Shown: piece after piece, positions 1-10,672 of the stretch
Numbering within the stretch: position 1 is the first letter of the stretch
How the letters are laid out: the number at the start of each line of letters is the position of its first letter
From: an uncultured candidatus Porisulfidus sp.
GTDB lineage: Bacteria; Pseudomonadota; Gammaproteobacteria; Poriferisulfidales; Poriferisulfidaceae
Length of the DNA: 64,000 nt
Direction: 5' to 3'
NCBI GenBank assembly: GCA_965204575.1
Contig: OZ241993.1
Coordinates: forward strand, 1,600,001 to 1,664,000
Notes under the pieces: model-generated
The model's input: the letters and a program-made list of their open reading frames with translations, nothing else
Told to the model about the DNA's origin: nothing
Database searches by the model: none
Translations under genes and position numbers: made by a program

Positions 1-771
1 CCCGCCGAATCCAAGCCCTGGCACTGGTACCGGAATATTTTCCTCACCAGCGACCGCATTCGCCGGGGGCGCACCTATCTCAGGGAACATGCCGACCTGC
101 TCGGGGAAGCGGAGCGCGCCTACCAAGTGCCAGCCGAAGTAATCACCGCCATTATTGCAGCCGAATCCAATTTCGGGCGCAATACCGGAGCGCACCCGGT
201 GCTGGATACCTTGGTGACCTTGGGGTTCGACTACCCGCCTCGCGGGGAATTCTTCCGCCAGCAGTTGGAGCAATTGTTCCTGCTGGAACGCGAAGCCGGG
301 CTGGACATCCAGAACCTGCGCGGCTCATGGGCCGGCGCGCTCGGACAGGCCCAGTTCATTCCCAGCAGCTACCGGCATTTCGCCGTCGACGGCGATCGCG
401 ACGGCCGGCGCGACCTGTGGGACAGCCCGGCCGACATCATATTCAGCATCGCGAACTACTTCCAGAAGCATCACTGGCGCCCGGACGAACCGGTCGCGGA
501 ACTGATTCACCCCGAAAACCCCAATCAGGTTCCGCTGAGCAAGGCCCTGCTTCCGGATATCCCGTCGGAACGATTGGCCGCATCCGGAATCATGCTGCAG
601 AACCCGACCGCCGAACCGGTGGCCGTGCACAGATTCGAGAACTCTAAATCACCCGAATATTGGGTCGGCTATCACAACTTTTACGTCATCACGCGTTACA
701 ACCACAGCGCCCTGTACGCGCTGATGATCCACCAGTTGAGCCAGGCCCTGAAGAATGATCCGGGGCTCTGA
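1..771 (+). CDS. mltB: Lytic murein transglycosylase B, 5'-truncated by the window edge
   Basis: Frame 1 is open from base 1 (PAESKPWHWYRNIF...). Motifs AIIAAESNFG, GSWAGALGQAQFIPSSY, VDGDRDGRRDLW and NFYVITRYNHS; lies upstream of rlpA-dacA. Confidence 0.93.
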   Translation, partial: PAESKPWHWYRNIFLTSDRIRRGRTYLREHADLLGEAERAYQVPAEVITAIIAAESNFGRNTGAHPVLDTLVTLGFDYPPRGEFFRQQLEQLFLLEREAGLDIQNLRGSWAGALGQAQFIPSSYRHFAVDGDRDGRRDLWDSPADIIFSIANYFQKHHWRPDEPVAELIHPENPNQVPLSKALLPDIPSERLAASGIMLQNPTAEPVAVHRFENSKSPEYWVGYHNFYVITRYNHSALYALMIHQLSQALKNDPGL

Positions 772-1516
772 CCGCGCCGCCTGGCTGCTGGCCTTGGCCT
801 TGGCTGGCAGTGGGTGCAGCGTCTACGACTACGTCGCCGACACCTTCTCCGACTCCGGCTCGGGGCCCGCGAGCCGGTCCGGCGCTTCCTCCAGCTACGT
901 CGCCCTCGGCGTTCGCTATCACGTGCTGGACTCGGCCGAGGGTTACGTCGAGCGCGGACTGGCGTCCTGGTACGGGCCGCAGTTTCACGGCAGGAAGACC
1001 TCTAGCGGCGAGGTTTTCGACATGAATCAGGTCACCGCCGCGCACAAGAGCCTGCCCCTGTCCACCTGGGTCAAGGTCACCCATCTCGAGACCGGCCACT
1101 CCATCACCGTCCGCGTGAACGACCGAGGCCCCTTCAAGGAGGGCCGCATCATCGACCTGTCCCGCCAGGCTGCCTTGGCCCTGGGTATTGTTGACGAGGG
1201 GCTGGCTCCGGTCGAGGTGCGCACCATCCGCGGCCCCAGTACGGCTCCCCAGACCGCCGAACACCAGTTCCTGCAACTTGGCGCTTTCGCGATCCGGAGC
1301 AATGCGGAGGCTTTTGTGCAAAAATTGCGCCGCCAAGGACTGGTCCGGCTTTCCGTCCGGACCCGAGAGCGGAACACGACCCTGCACCGAGTCCTGCAAG
1401 GCCCATTCGATGACAGCACCAAACTCGACCAAGCCATCGCGAAACTCGAAGCTCTCGGCATTACCGAATACACCCCAGTCAACATTCCCTACTGGAAACC
1501 CATAAGGAAAAAATGA
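755..1516 (+). CDS. rlpA: Septal ring lytic transglycosylase RlpA (lipoprotein, DPBB + SPOR domains)
   Basis: Lipobox-like ALAGSGC; GLASWYGPQFHGRKTSSGE, TAAHKSLP, VRVNDRGPF, IIDLS; C-terminal SPOR-like LQLGAF. Confidence 0.93.
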   Translation: MIRGSDRAAWLLALALAGSGCSVYDYVADTFSDSGSGPASRSGASSSYVALGVRYHVLDSAEGYVERGLASWYGPQFHGRKTSSGEVFDMNQVTAAHKSLPLSTWVKVTHLETGHSITVRVNDRGPFKEGRIIDLSRQAALALGIVDEGLAPVEVRTIRGPSTAPQTAEHQFLQLGAFAIRSNAEAFVQKLRRQGLVRLSVRTRERNTTLHRVLQGPFDDSTKLDQAIAKLEALGITEYTPVNIPYWKPIRKK

Positions 1517-2646
1517 TTCGCTTGATTCTTGCCGCACTGCTGTTGGCTGGCCCGGCCTGGGCCCAACTCCCGATCCCACCCGTCCCCTCGCTGGACGCCC
1601 CCAGCTACATCCTGATGGACACGCAAACCGGCGAGGTCCTGGCCGAGGCCAATGCTGACCAACCGGTCGAGCCGGCTAGCCTGACGAAGATCATGACCAC
1701 GTACCTGGCCTTTCGGGCCTTGGGAGACGGCCTGATCGGGGAACAGGACCTGGTGACGATCAGCCGCAAGGCACGCCGGGCGATCGGCTCCCGGATGTTC
1801 GTGGAGGTCAATAGCCAAGTCCCGGTCATCGACTTGCTGCGCGGCATCATCGTGCAGTCCGGCAATGACGCCAGCATCGCACTTGCGGAACACATCGCCG
1901 GCAGTGAAGAGTCTTTCGCCGACATGATGAACGCGGAAGCCGAGCGTCTGGGCATGAGCAAGAGTCGTTTCATCGACGCATCCGGGCTCGGCGGGCCGGA
2001 CCACTACATGTCGGCCCGCGACATCGCCATTCTGTCCGCCGCCATGATCAACGAGTTTCCTGAGCTCTACGCGATGTTCCGGGAGCAGGAATACACTTGG
2101 AACGGCATCAAGCAACCCAATCGCAACCGTCTTTTAAAACTGCACCCGACGGTGGACGGCATCAAGACCGGTTACACCGAAGCGGCGAAATATTGCCTGG
2201 CCGCAAGTGCCATGCGCCCGGACTTGGACGAGATGCGGCTGGTTTCGGTTGTCCTCGGTGCCAAAAGTGGGCGGGCCCGGCTGCGCGACAGCCGATCCCT
2301 GCTGAACTGGGGATTCCGTTTCTTCCGCACGCGGAAAGTTCATACCGGCATGGACCCATTGACAGAAATCCCGGTATGGTTCGCGGAAACCGAGCGGGTG
2401 CCGGTGGGATTGGCCGAAGACCTGGTGATGACCTTGCCGGTCGCGGCATATGAGGAACTGGAAACCACCTACCACCTGGAGCCGGAGGTGGAAGCGCCGC
2501 TCGCGAAGGGGCAGCCGGTCGGGCGAATTACCGTGCGCCATGAAAACCGGATCCTGGCTCAGATGCCCGCCGTAATCCTGACCGATGTGTCGCAGGTCGG
2601 CTTTTTCACCCGACTCTGGCACCGGCTGCGGCGATTGATGAACTAG
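1513..2646 (+). CDS. dacA: D-alanyl-D-alanine carboxypeptidase (PBP5/6 family)
   Basis: SxxK (PASLTK), SGN and KTG motifs; C-terminal amphipathic helix GFFTRLWHRLRRLMN. Confidence 0.92.
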   Translation: MIRLILAALLLAGPAWAQLPIPPVPSLDAPSYILMDTQTGEVLAEANADQPVEPASLTKIMTTYLAFRALGDGLIGEQDLVTISRKARRAIGSRMFVEVNSQVPVIDLLRGIIVQSGNDASIALAEHIAGSEESFADMMNAEAERLGMSKSRFIDASGLGGPDHYMSARDIAILSAAMINEFPELYAMFREQEYTWNGIKQPNRNRLLKLHPTVDGIKTGYTEAAKYCLAASAMRPDLDEMRLVSVVLGAKSGRARLRDSRSLLNWGFRFFRTRKVHTGMDPLTEIPVWFAETERVPVGLAEDLVMTLPVAAYEELETTYHLEPEVEAPLAKGQPVGRITVRHENRILAQMPAVILTDVSQVGFFTRLWHRLRRLMN

Positions 2647-2814
2647 TCGCGCGTTGATCCGCCACCCGGGTTCGTGCCCGGAGCCCAGCAACACCCCTTG
2701 CGGAATGCCGTCCACCGGTTCCATAATAGGAATCTCGGGTCGGGAGACATCGGTATGGACGACATGAAACTGCCAAGACGGGATCATTACGGCGATTCGA
2801 GCCCATAAGCCGCC

Positions 2815-3651
2815 ATGTCGATTCCTGCCTACTACAACGGCGAATACCGCCCTCTTGAAGGACTCACGGTCCCGATCATGGATCACGGCTTCCTGTTTGC
2901 CGACGGCGTCTACGAATTGATCCCCGTCTACTGCAAACGCCCGCGCTGCCTAGATGACCACCTGGAACGCCTGAAAAACAGCCTGGCCGCGATCCACATC
3001 AACGATACGCCGGAAGAATCCACCTGGCGGGAAATCTGCACTCATCTAATCGGGCAGAGCGCGGACGAGTGTTTCGTGTACTTTCAGGTCACACGCGGCG
3101 TCATTCCGGATGGAGCCCCATTCCGCAAGCAGTTTTTGGACGGCCCGCCCACTATTTTCGCCATGGCGCAGCCCCTGCCGGCAAGACCCGACTCAATCTC
3201 CGCCATCATCCGCGAAGACCAGCGCTGGGGGCGTTGCCACATCAAGTCCATCATGCTGCTGGAAACCGTTCTCGCGACGCAGGGCGCGGTAGACCAACAG
3301 GCGGGGGAAGCCATCCTGCATCGGGGAGAAGAAGTGATGGAAGGCGCGACCAGCAATGTCTTTGCCGTGGTGGACGGGCAAATCCGGACGCCCGCGCTGA
3401 GTCCTCGGATCCTGCCCGGTGTGACCCGGAAACTGGTGCTGAAGTTGATGCGCGAGAACGGAATGGAATATCAAGAAGGCCTGTTGCGCGTCGATGAATT
3501 GCGTGGCGCTGAAGAAGTCTGGGTCACCGGCTCCACCCGCGGCGTCATGCCCGTGGTCGAACTCGACGGCAACCCGGTGAGCGACGGGGCCATCGGCCCG
3601 GTCACACAGCGTGTCCGAAACTGGTACAGCGAATTCTGCAACGCACCATGA
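2815..3651 (+). CDS. Class IV aminotransferase, D-amino-acid aminotransferase-like
   Basis: [21 protein letters not shown] (PLP lysine), [15 protein letters not shown]; position between dacA and lipB. Confidence 0.85.
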   Translation: MSIPAYYNGEYRPLEGLTVPIMDHGFLFADGVYELIPVYCKRPRCLDDHLERLKNSLAAIHINDTPEESTWREICTHLIGQSADECFVYFQVTRGVIPDGAPFRKQFLDGPPTIFAMAQPLPARPDSISAIIREDQRWGRCHIKSIMLLETVLATQGAVDQQAGEAILHRGEEVMEGATSNVFAVVDGQIRTPALSPRILPGVTRKLVLKLMRENGMEYQEGLLRVDELRGAEEVWVTGSTRGVMPVVELDGNPVSDGAIGPVTQRVRNWYSEFCNAP

Positions 3652-4277
3652 TTCCTGCGCCCCGAATCCGGCACTGGGACTTGTACGACTACGAGCCCTG
3701 CGCCGAGGCCATGCGCCGGCAAACCGAAACAAGGGACGAGAACAGCGCCGACGAGATCTGGTTGCTGCAGCATCCGAGCGTCCTGACCCTCGGAGTCGGC
3801 GCCGACCCCTCCCACATCCATCCCCAGTGCCCGTTGCCGGTAGTCCGCAGCAGCCGCGGCGGCCAGGTGACCTGCCACATGCCCGGCCAGCTGGTCGTTT
3901 ACACCTTGCTGGATCTGCGCCGGATGCGCCTCGGGGTTCGCGCACTAGTCGAACGGCTGGAAAGCGCGGTCTTGACTCTGTTGGAGGAAGCCCGGATGCC
4001 CGCCCGTCGGAAAAATGGCATGCCCGGGGTCTATGTGGAAGGAAAGAAGATCATGTCCATCGGCTTGCGGATCAGCCGCGCCCAAAGCTCCCACGGACTG
4101 GCACTGAATGTCCACCCGGACCTGAGCCTGTTCCGCCAAATCGACATCTGCGGCAACCCAAAACTCGAAGCCACGAGTCTGCGGGAGTGCGGGGTGGATT
4201 GGGGCATCGACGAGACCGCCCGGAAGTTCCTGCCGCACCTGCTGCACACCCTGTATCCGAACCAGGTCTACGCATGA
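3648..4277 (+). CDS. lipB: Lipoyl(octanoyl) transferase LipB
   Basis: [48 protein letters not shown]; ATGA overlaps with the flanking genes. Confidence 0.93.
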   Translation: MIPAPRIRHWDLYDYEPCAEAMRRQTETRDENSADEIWLLQHPSVLTLGVGADPSHIHPQCPLPVVRSSRGGQVTCHMPGQLVVYTLLDLRRMRLGVRALVERLESAVLTLLEEARMPARRKNGMPGVYVEGKKIMSIGLRISRAQSSHGLALNVHPDLSLFRQIDICGNPKLEATSLRECGVDWGIDETARKFLPHLLHTLYPNQVYA

Positions 4278-5233
4278 GCCTCCCGCCCGGCATCAAGCAG
4301 ACGACAGAGCAAAAACTCTCGCGCATTCCAATCAAGCCATCCTTCGATGACCCGGTCCTGCGCAAACCACCTTGGCTGCGCATCCGCCTCCGGCATGCCC
4401 CCCAGGTTCGGCAGATGCGCGAACTCCTGCGCCTGCAGTCCCTGCACACTGTCTGCGAGGAAGCTTCCTGTCCGAACCTGCCGGAATGCTTCGGACACGG
4501 CACCGCGACGTTCATGATCCTCGGCGACCTTTGCACGCGGCGCTGCCCTTTCTGCGACGTGGCCCACGGGCGACCGCTTCCGGTGGATGCCGACGAACCG
4601 ATGCGCTTGGCGAAAGCCGTTTCAGAGCTGGGTTTGCGCTACGTGGTTATCACCTCGGTGGACCGAGACGACCTGCACGACGGCGGTGCCCGGCATTTCG
4701 CGGAATGCGTTCGAGCAGTCCGCACACGCAGCCCCGGTATCCGCGTAGAGATCCTGGTTCCCGACTTCCGCGGCCGGCTTGATCGAGCACTGGAGGAATT
4801 GGATGCCGGAGTTCCGGACGTGTTCAACCATAACCTCGAAACCGTTCCCCAGCTATACCGTGCCGCGCGCCCGGGAGCCGACTACCTCCACTCCTTGAAA
4901 CTGCTGCAACAATTTGGCCACGCCCACCCGGACACCCCAACCAAATCGGGTCTGATGCTGGGCCTCGGCGAGACCCCGCAACAGGCTCTGGCCGTCATGC
5001 AGGACCTGTTGGACCACGGCTGCCGGATGCTGACCCTGGGGCAGTACCTGCAACCGACCCGGCACCACCTCCCGGTTCGCCGCTACGTACCACCAGAGGA
5101 GTTCGACGCGCTAGGCGACGAAGCCAAGCGGCTCGGATTCCTGGAAGTCGCCAGCGGGCCCCTCGTGCGTTCCTCCTACCATGCGGACCGGCAGGCGGCG
5201 GGAATTCTAGGGCAGCGGGCAGGTACGGCCTGA
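4274..5233 (+). CDS. lipA: Lipoyl synthase LipA (radical SAM)
   Basis: [12 protein letters not shown] and CTRRCPFC motifs, RSSYHA. The ATG at 4274 overlaps the lipB stop; the ORF track's 3611 start is a shadow extension. Confidence 0.96.
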   Translation: MSLPPGIKQTTEQKLSRIPIKPSFDDPVLRKPPWLRIRLRHAPQVRQMRELLRLQSLHTVCEEASCPNLPECFGHGTATFMILGDLCTRRCPFCDVAHGRPLPVDADEPMRLAKAVSELGLRYVVITSVDRDDLHDGGARHFAECVRAVRTRSPGIRVEILVPDFRGRLDRALEELDAGVPDVFNHNLETVPQLYRAARPGADYLHSLKLLQQFGHAHPDTPTKSGLMLGLGETPQQALAVMQDLLDHGCRMLTLGQYLQPTRHHLPVRRYVPPEEFDALGDEAKRLGFLEVASGPLVRSSYHADRQAAGILGQRAGTA

Positions 5234-5291
5234 ACTTGCCGCAGAAGGAAGTCCGACTTGACTATAATCTGTCGCGCAAGGAAAAACCGCC

Positions 5292-5393
5292 ATGAAAATC
5301 GAAATCAACCGTACCGACATTGTTTTCATGATGATGGCCGCCGGTCTCTGCGGTGCAGGACTCGCGTTGGTCGTCAGCATCGTACTCTGCTAG
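5292..5393 (+). CDS. Putative 33-aa single-pass membrane peptide (MKIEINRTDIVFMMMAAGLCGAGLALVVSIVLC)
   Basis: ATG 5292 to TAG 5393. AAGGA Shine-Dalgarno at 5278-5282, perfect TATAAT at 5263-5268, and a 24-residue uncharged hydrophobic run. Below the ORF-track cutoff. Confidence 0.55.
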   Translation: MKIEINRTDIVFMMMAAGLCGAGLALVVSIVLC

Positions 5394-5459
5394 TCTGAAA
5401 GACCCCGACCCGCTTTGCACCTTAGGCTCCGCAGGATCGCCAAGAAGCAACTGCGTTCC

Positions 5460-6578
5460 TCAACGGCAAGCCGGCGGATCGACTTTCAGCCCGTCTTTCA
5501 CCAACAGAATCTGCCACAACTGGCTCTGTCGCGCCCGAAAAGAACCTGCGCAACAGCTCAGATAATACCGCCACATGCGGAAAAACCGTTCATCGTAGCG
5601 CTCGCGAAGGGATTCCCATGCGGACTCGAAATTGGTCCGCCACACCATCAGGGTACGGTCGTAATCCCGACCGAACGTATGCCAATCCTCCATCACGAAC
5701 AGGTTCTCGATGGATTGCCCGATTTGCCGGATCGAGGGCACCATGCCGTGCGGGAAGATGTACCGGTTAATCCAGGGATCGGTGCTGACCCCCGAAACAT
5801 TGCGGCCAATGGTATGGAGAAGGAATCGGCCTCCGGGTGGCAGCAGTTCATGCGCTTTGCGCATGAAGGCCCGGTAATTTTTGTAGCCGACATGCTCGAA
5901 CATCCCAATCGAATAGATTGCGTCGAACGTTTCACCTGACGGCAGGTCCCGGTAGTCCTGCTGGAGAATCTGGACGGCATGCCCCTCACAATGCTCGCGA
6001 GCAAGACTGGCCTGCTCCCCCGACAAGGTCACCCCGGTCACCTCCACGCCGTAGCGTTCGGCGAAGAACCGGCACGCACCGCCCCACCCGCAGCCGACAT
6101 CCAAGATCCGGGTATTCGGCTGAAGTTCCAGCTTGCAGGCGATCAACTCCAGTTTCGCCTCCTGAGCCTCATCCAAGGTTTCGGCTCGGCGCCAGTAGCC
6201 GCAGGAATACATCATCATTTGATCCAGCATCTTGCTGTAGAGATCGTTCCCCACGTCGTAGTGTTGCCGGGCGACCTGCTTGGATCGGGTACGGTTTTGC
6301 ATGTTCAGGAGCCGCGAAAGTCCACGGACCATGATCTTGTTGAACCCCGTTACCTGGTGATCCAAGCCGGAACCCAGCACCCGGGCAAAAAATTCATCCA
6401 ATGCCTCGCAGTCCCACCAGCCATCCATATAGGATTCACCGAGACCCAGCGAGCCCTGCGTCATAATCCGCCAGTAGAGCTTGGGGTTGTGCACTTGGAT
6501 GTCCCAAGGCCGGGAACCGTTCTCTTCGATTCCGGCTATTGCCAGAATCTTCAACGCCCATTTCTTCGCAACGGACAT
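5460..6578 (-). CDS. cfa: Cyclopropane-fatty-acyl-phospholipid synthase
   Basis: GSLGLGESYMDGWWDC, HYDVGNDLY, MMYSCGYW, LDVGCGWGG, SIGMFEHVG, RMWRYYL. Confidence 0.95.
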   Translation of the reverse strand: MSVAKKWALKILAIAGIEENGSRPWDIQVHNPKLYWRIMTQGSLGLGESYMDGWWDCEALDEFFARVLGSGLDHQVTGFNKIMVRGLSRLLNMQNRTRSKQVARQHYDVGNDLYSKMLDQMMMYSCGYWRRAETLDEAQEAKLELIACKLELQPNTRILDVGCGWGGACRFFAERYGVEVTGVTLSGEQASLAREHCEGHAVQILQQDYRDLPSGETFDAIYSIGMFEHVGYKNYRAFMRKAHELLPPGGRFLLHTIGRNVSGVSTDPWINRYIFPHGMVPSIRQIGQSIENLFVMEDWHTFGRDYDRTLMVWRTNFESAWESLRERYDERFFRMWRYYLSCCAGSFRARQSQLWQILLVKDGLKVDPPACR

Positions 6579-6580
6579 GC

Positions 6581-7153
6581 TCAGCCTCCGTCGGACGATT
6601 TGAACTGGTGCGCTTCTACTGTCCAGCCTTCTCCATCAATTGTCAACATCAGGCAGGAGGGCCCATCGTGGACCCGGGTTCGGCCAGCCGCGCCAGGATT
6701 CAGCACCCAAGGGAGAGTTCCCTGGTCACAGACCAGCCTGTGCGTGTGCCCGTAGACAATGACCCTAGCGTCCGGCCATGCCTCCCTCAAGCTCTCATGC
6801 GCCGGAGCCGCGCCGAACTGATCGCCGTGTGTCACGACTAGTATCCCCCCCGGAAGCCGAACCTCGGCTACGGTCGGCAAATCGTCTCCATTAGCCGCCC
6901 TGCCCCCGACGTCGTTATTGCCCGCCACAGCCACGACCTGCTTTTGTCCCGCTAATCCCTCAAGGGTCTGCAACACCGATATCCCCAGCACATCACCCGC
7001 GTGCACGATGCAGTCGACACCCGCCAAGGTTTTCTGGATGTTCGGGTCGATCCACCCGTGCGTATCCGACAACACTCCGATTCTGACTTTGCGGCAAGAG
7101 GCTCCCGACGCCACCACCTCGGATCGAGGTTCGACCTGAGACTTACTCCCCAT
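6581..7153 (-). CDS. Metallophosphoesterase, YfcE-like
   Basis: Calcineurin-like motifs SDTHG, HAGD, GNND, THG, GHTH and NPG. Confidence 0.88.
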   Translation of the reverse strand: MGSKSQVEPRSEVVASGASCRKVRIGVLSDTHGWIDPNIQKTLAGVDCIVHAGDVLGISVLQTLEGLAGQKQVVAVAGNNDVGGRAANGDDLPTVAEVRLPGGILVVTHGDQFGAAPAHESLREAWPDARVIVYGHTHRLVCDQGTLPWVLNPGAAGRTRVHDGPSCLMLTIDGEGWTVEAHQFKSSDGG

Positions 7154-8039
7154 ACTGCTGCTTCTGAAGGTCTTCCTTGTGCTTCGCGACCTGCTGCTGC
7201 CGACGCTGAGCCCAAACTGCCTGGCGTTCCCTGATTCGTTGCTCCCGAGCGCCGGGCCTGACTTTCACCGAACCGACGCCGAACAGCACCTGCTCCAGAA
7301 AACTCATGGCAAACTCGAGCAGGCTTTCTTCATTGTCCATCAGTTCCCGTTCCTGTCCCGGCGGCAGGTTCACGATGTCTTTGAATTTCGAATTCTGTAT
7401 AAATTCGCGGAAGCCGTCCAGGTCATAACTGCACATGTCGAACAGTTGCAGGCTCCGTTCCGACGGCGAGCCCACCGTGGGGCCGGCCGAACGCTTTTTC
7501 AGAATCAGCCTGCGCCAATGGTTGTTCATCTCGTCAAATTTGTCCAAACCCTGCTCAACCCGATATTCCGCCACAGTCTGCTCGTGCGGTTCCTCATGGC
7601 CCCGACAATGTGCCTCGCGCACGACAAAGTAGGCATCCTCGATTTCCCCGGCCTCCTTTTTCCGTACCGCGACGTTGCCCAGGGCGTAATAGCGGCAGGC
7701 GGCCGGTCGGTCTTCATAGACGCCGCACCCTTCCTCGGTCAGGTGGATGCACTCCGATGTGCCCGGCTTGGTCGTCATTTTCAGCCCGGGCATGCCATGG
7801 GCGTCCATCTCGAACGGCACGGTGTAGCGTGCAACGAATTCGCTGGAAGTCAGACCCAAACGGTTCTTCAGCTGCAGGATGTCGTACGGAGTAAGCTGCA
7901 GATCAATGTTCCGGCAACATGCGTTGAAACAGGCAATCTCTTTGTGACAACGGAACTGGAAGATACTGTCGAGACTCAGCTCCACGGGCTGAATGGGAGA
8001 AGCCTGGAGAGGCGTCGCAGACTTCGCTGGAGAACTCAT
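7143..8039 (-). CDS. YkgJ-family (UPF0153) cysteine-cluster protein
   Basis: FRCHKEIACFNACC ... CIHLTEEGCGVYEDRPAACRYY ... HCRG cysteine pattern. Confidence 0.82.
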   Translation of the reverse strand: MSSPAKSATPLQASPIQPVELSLDSIFQFRCHKEIACFNACCRNIDLQLTPYDILQLKNRLGLTSSEFVARYTVPFEMDAHGMPGLKMTTKPGTSECIHLTEEGCGVYEDRPAACRYYALGNVAVRKKEAGEIEDAYFVVREAHCRGHEEPHEQTVAEYRVEQGLDKFDEMNNHWRRLILKKRSAGPTVGSPSERSLQLFDMCSYDLDGFREFIQNSKFKDIVNLPPGQERELMDNEESLLEFAMSFLEQVLFGVGSVKVRPGAREQRIRERQAVWAQRRQQQVAKHKEDLQKQQYGE

Positions 8040-8335
8040 GAAAAAGCGTTAAGGACCACTTTGCGCATTTTATCGTATGACCGCATTGGGAAAAAAGCCG
8101 AAAGTGCCGAATGATGCCTCGTTGAGGGTCACCACCGTCCGACACATGGTGAGCGCATGAAGCAAGCGGGTTGGCCGTTCTGGCCATAATGGCGCCATTT
8201 GCTTGTAGCGGATGAAAAGCCAGCAATGACGGCCGCGTGTGCCGGTTTTCCGTAGTTTCATTGGGGTTTCAAATATCATATATTTCAATATCTTGTATAA
8301 AAAGTCAGTCAATTCTATTGAAAGGTTGCCCCATG

Positions 8336-8364
8336 TTGCCGAAACGATACGGGAACTATATGTT
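8336..8364 (+). promoter_or_regulatory. Candidate sigma70 promoter for rne
   Basis: TTGCCG (8336-8341), 17-bp spacer, TATGTT (8359-8364); TATACT also at 8366-8371. An AT-rich tract lies upstream (about 8270-8325). Confidence 0.4.
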
Positions 8365-8642
8365 GTATACTGTGAACATTGAGGCCACAGACCGAAGCGC
8401 ACATGCGCCGGGAATGTGGGCCTTTTGAACGAGTCACAGCAAAAAGTCTCCGTGATTGTTACCGACCATCATCGCAAACCGGACCCAGTCGAAAGACTTT
8501 TTGCCGCCTGCCCTGCATGAGCGCTATACGCGAACGAGAGATATGAATCCAAGCATCTGCGAATCACATCTTGATGCGCGCGCCGCATGGTCCGATGCTC
8601 TCGACTGCACGGCGGGTGTTCTGCAACCGTTGAAGGATCATC

Positions 8643-10670
8643 ATGAAACGAATTCTTGTAAACGCCACGCAGCAGGAAGAACTGCGCGTGGCCATGGTCG
8701 ATGGCCAAGAGCTGTACGATCTCGACATTGAACTAACGGGGAACAAGCAAAAGAAATCGAATATCTACAAAGCAAAAATCGTTCGCATCGAGCCTAGCCT
8801 TGAAGCGGCATTTGTGGATTACGGCGCACCGCGCCACGGATTTCTCCCATTTCGGGAAATCGCCCCGACCCACTTCAAGAGCCGAAATGCGACTTTGATT
8901 CGCGAGGCCGTAAACAACGGCCAGGAATTGATCGTCCAGGTCTCCCAGGACGAGCGGGGCAACAAGGGCGCCGCGCTGACCACGTATCCCAGCCTGCCCG
9001 GCCGCTACTTGGTGCTGACGCCAAACAACTCGCGCGCCAGCGGAATCTCAAGGCAAATCGAAGGCGAGGACCGCGACGAACTCCAAAAACTTGCCTCCCA
9101 GTTGACTCCGGTTGAGGGAGCCGGGGTCATCATCCGGACCGCGGGCATCGGTCACAGCATTGAAGAACTTCAGTGGGACCTCGACAACCAAGTCCGACTT
9201 TGGAAGGCAATCCAGGAAGCCGCCAAAAAGTCCGCACCCTTCCTCATCTACAGCGACAATGATGCCGTTATCCGCGCGTTGCGGGACAACCTCCGCGACG
9301 ACATCGGCGAAGTCCTGATCGATGACGAAGAGACTCACAGGGAAGCCTGCAGGTTTGTCGAGCGAATGGCTCCGCAATACCAAAAGAACATCAAGCTGTA
9401 TCAGGAAACCGTTCCTCTGTTCAGTCATTACCAGATCGAAAGCCAGATCGAGTCCGCGCATGATCGCATGGTCGACTTGCCGTCCGGCGGCACAATTGCG
9501 ATCGACCATACCGAAGCGCTGGTTTCGATCGATATTAATTCGGCACGCGCCACCAAAAGTGGCGACATCGAAACAACCGCCTTGAACACGAACCTGGAAG
9601 CGGCCAGAGAAATCGCACGCCAACTGCGGCTACGCGACCTAGGCGGCCTGATCGTGATTGATTTCATCGACATGGTCAGCTCCTCCAACCAGAAAAAAGT
9701 GGAGAACGAATTCCGGGAACGCACCCGGCTAGATCGGGCACGGGTCCAGATCGGCCGCATTTCCCGCTTCGGACTTTTAGAACTGTCCCGGCAGCGGCTC
9801 CGCCCGGCTCTCGGAGAATTCACTCAGATCACCTGCCCCCGCTGCAATGGCCATGGCACGATCCGGACCATCCAGTCCTTGTCTCTCGCCATTCTCCGCC
9901 TGATCGAAGAAGAAGCGATGAAGGAGAACACGGGGATAGTGGTGACAGAACTTCCCATAGAGGTCACTGCCTACCTGCTCAACGAGAAGCGCGACAGCAT
10001 CGAGAAAATCACTCAGCGGCATGGCCCTCACGTTCGTTTGCTTCCAACCCCAGGATTGGAGACCCCGCATTACCGCGTTCACCGCTATCGGGAAGATGAT
10101 CCAGAGGCATCTCGCCACTTCGATTACCAATCTTCGATGGCCCACAAACCGGCCGAACCGGAAAAATCCCGCACCGCCAGACCTGCGCCGAGTCAGCGCA
10201 GACACCGGGAGCGTCCGGCCATCGATGTGGCGGAACATATCACCGACTCTCCGAACAACAAAGGCCTTACACGTGGTCTTCGCCGGTTCTTTAATTTGTT
10301 CTCAGGTTCCAGCGCCCCGCTCCCCGTAGAAACCAAGACCGAGCCGAGCTCCTCGGAAAAATCCAGGAAATCCGAATCTGATCGCCGGCGACGCCGCTCT
10401 CGGCGACACCGCGGAGGCGGCCAGCAGGCACAACGGGAACAACGTGCCACCAGTGATGATTCCAAGCAGGGCAGCGGCCAACCGCGCCGGCGGCGACGCG
10501 GCCGAAGAGGAGGACGCAACCGCAGACGCACCGCCACGGCCGAGTCTGCCGGCACTGGTTCCAACGGCGGCACGCCGCCTCAGGGAACGCCCAAAACTGA
10601 GGCCAAGCCTCCGGCCGCCCCTAAGGTGCCATCGCCACCTCCGGTGGAGACACCTCCTGCCGGCGAGTAA
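8643..10670 (+). CDS. rne: Ribonuclease E (675 aa, short C-terminal scaffold)
   Basis: [57 protein letters not shown]; membrane-targeting helix [16 protein letters not shown]; Arg-rich tail. Confidence 0.95.
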   Translation: MKRILVNATQQEELRVAMVDGQELYDLDIELTGNKQKKSNIYKAKIVRIEPSLEAAFVDYGAPRHGFLPFREIAPTHFKSRNATLIREAVNNGQELIVQVSQDERGNKGAALTTYPSLPGRYLVLTPNNSRASGISRQIEGEDRDELQKLASQLTPVEGAGVIIRTAGIGHSIEELQWDLDNQVRLWKAIQEAAKKSAPFLIYSDNDAVIRALRDNLRDDIGEVLIDDEETHREACRFVERMAPQYQKNIKLYQETVPLFSHYQIESQIESAHDRMVDLPSGGTIAIDHTEALVSIDINSARATKSGDIETTALNTNLEAAREIARQLRLRDLGGLIVIDFIDMVSSSNQKKVENEFRERTRLDRARVQIGRISRFGLLELSRQRLRPALGEFTQITCPRCNGHGTIRTIQSLSLAILRLIEEEAMKENTGIVVTELPIEVTAYLLNEKRDSIEKITQRHGPHVRLLPTPGLETPHYRVHRYREDDPEASRHFDYQSSMAHKPAEPEKSRTARPAPSQRRHRERPAIDVAEHITDSPNNKGLTRGLRRFFNLFSGSSAPLPVETKTEPSSSEKSRKSESDRRRRRSRRHRGGGQQAQREQRATSDDSKQGSGQPRRRRRGRRGGRNRRRTATAESAGTGSNGGTPPQGTPKTEAKPPAAPKVPSPPPVETPPAGE

Positions 10671-10672
10671 CC

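Noticed and set aside
3611-4273. 540-aa ORF suggesting a long N-terminal extension or fusion on LipA
   Set aside because: The extension is an alternative frame over lipB; the real ATG at 4274 overlaps the lipB stop.
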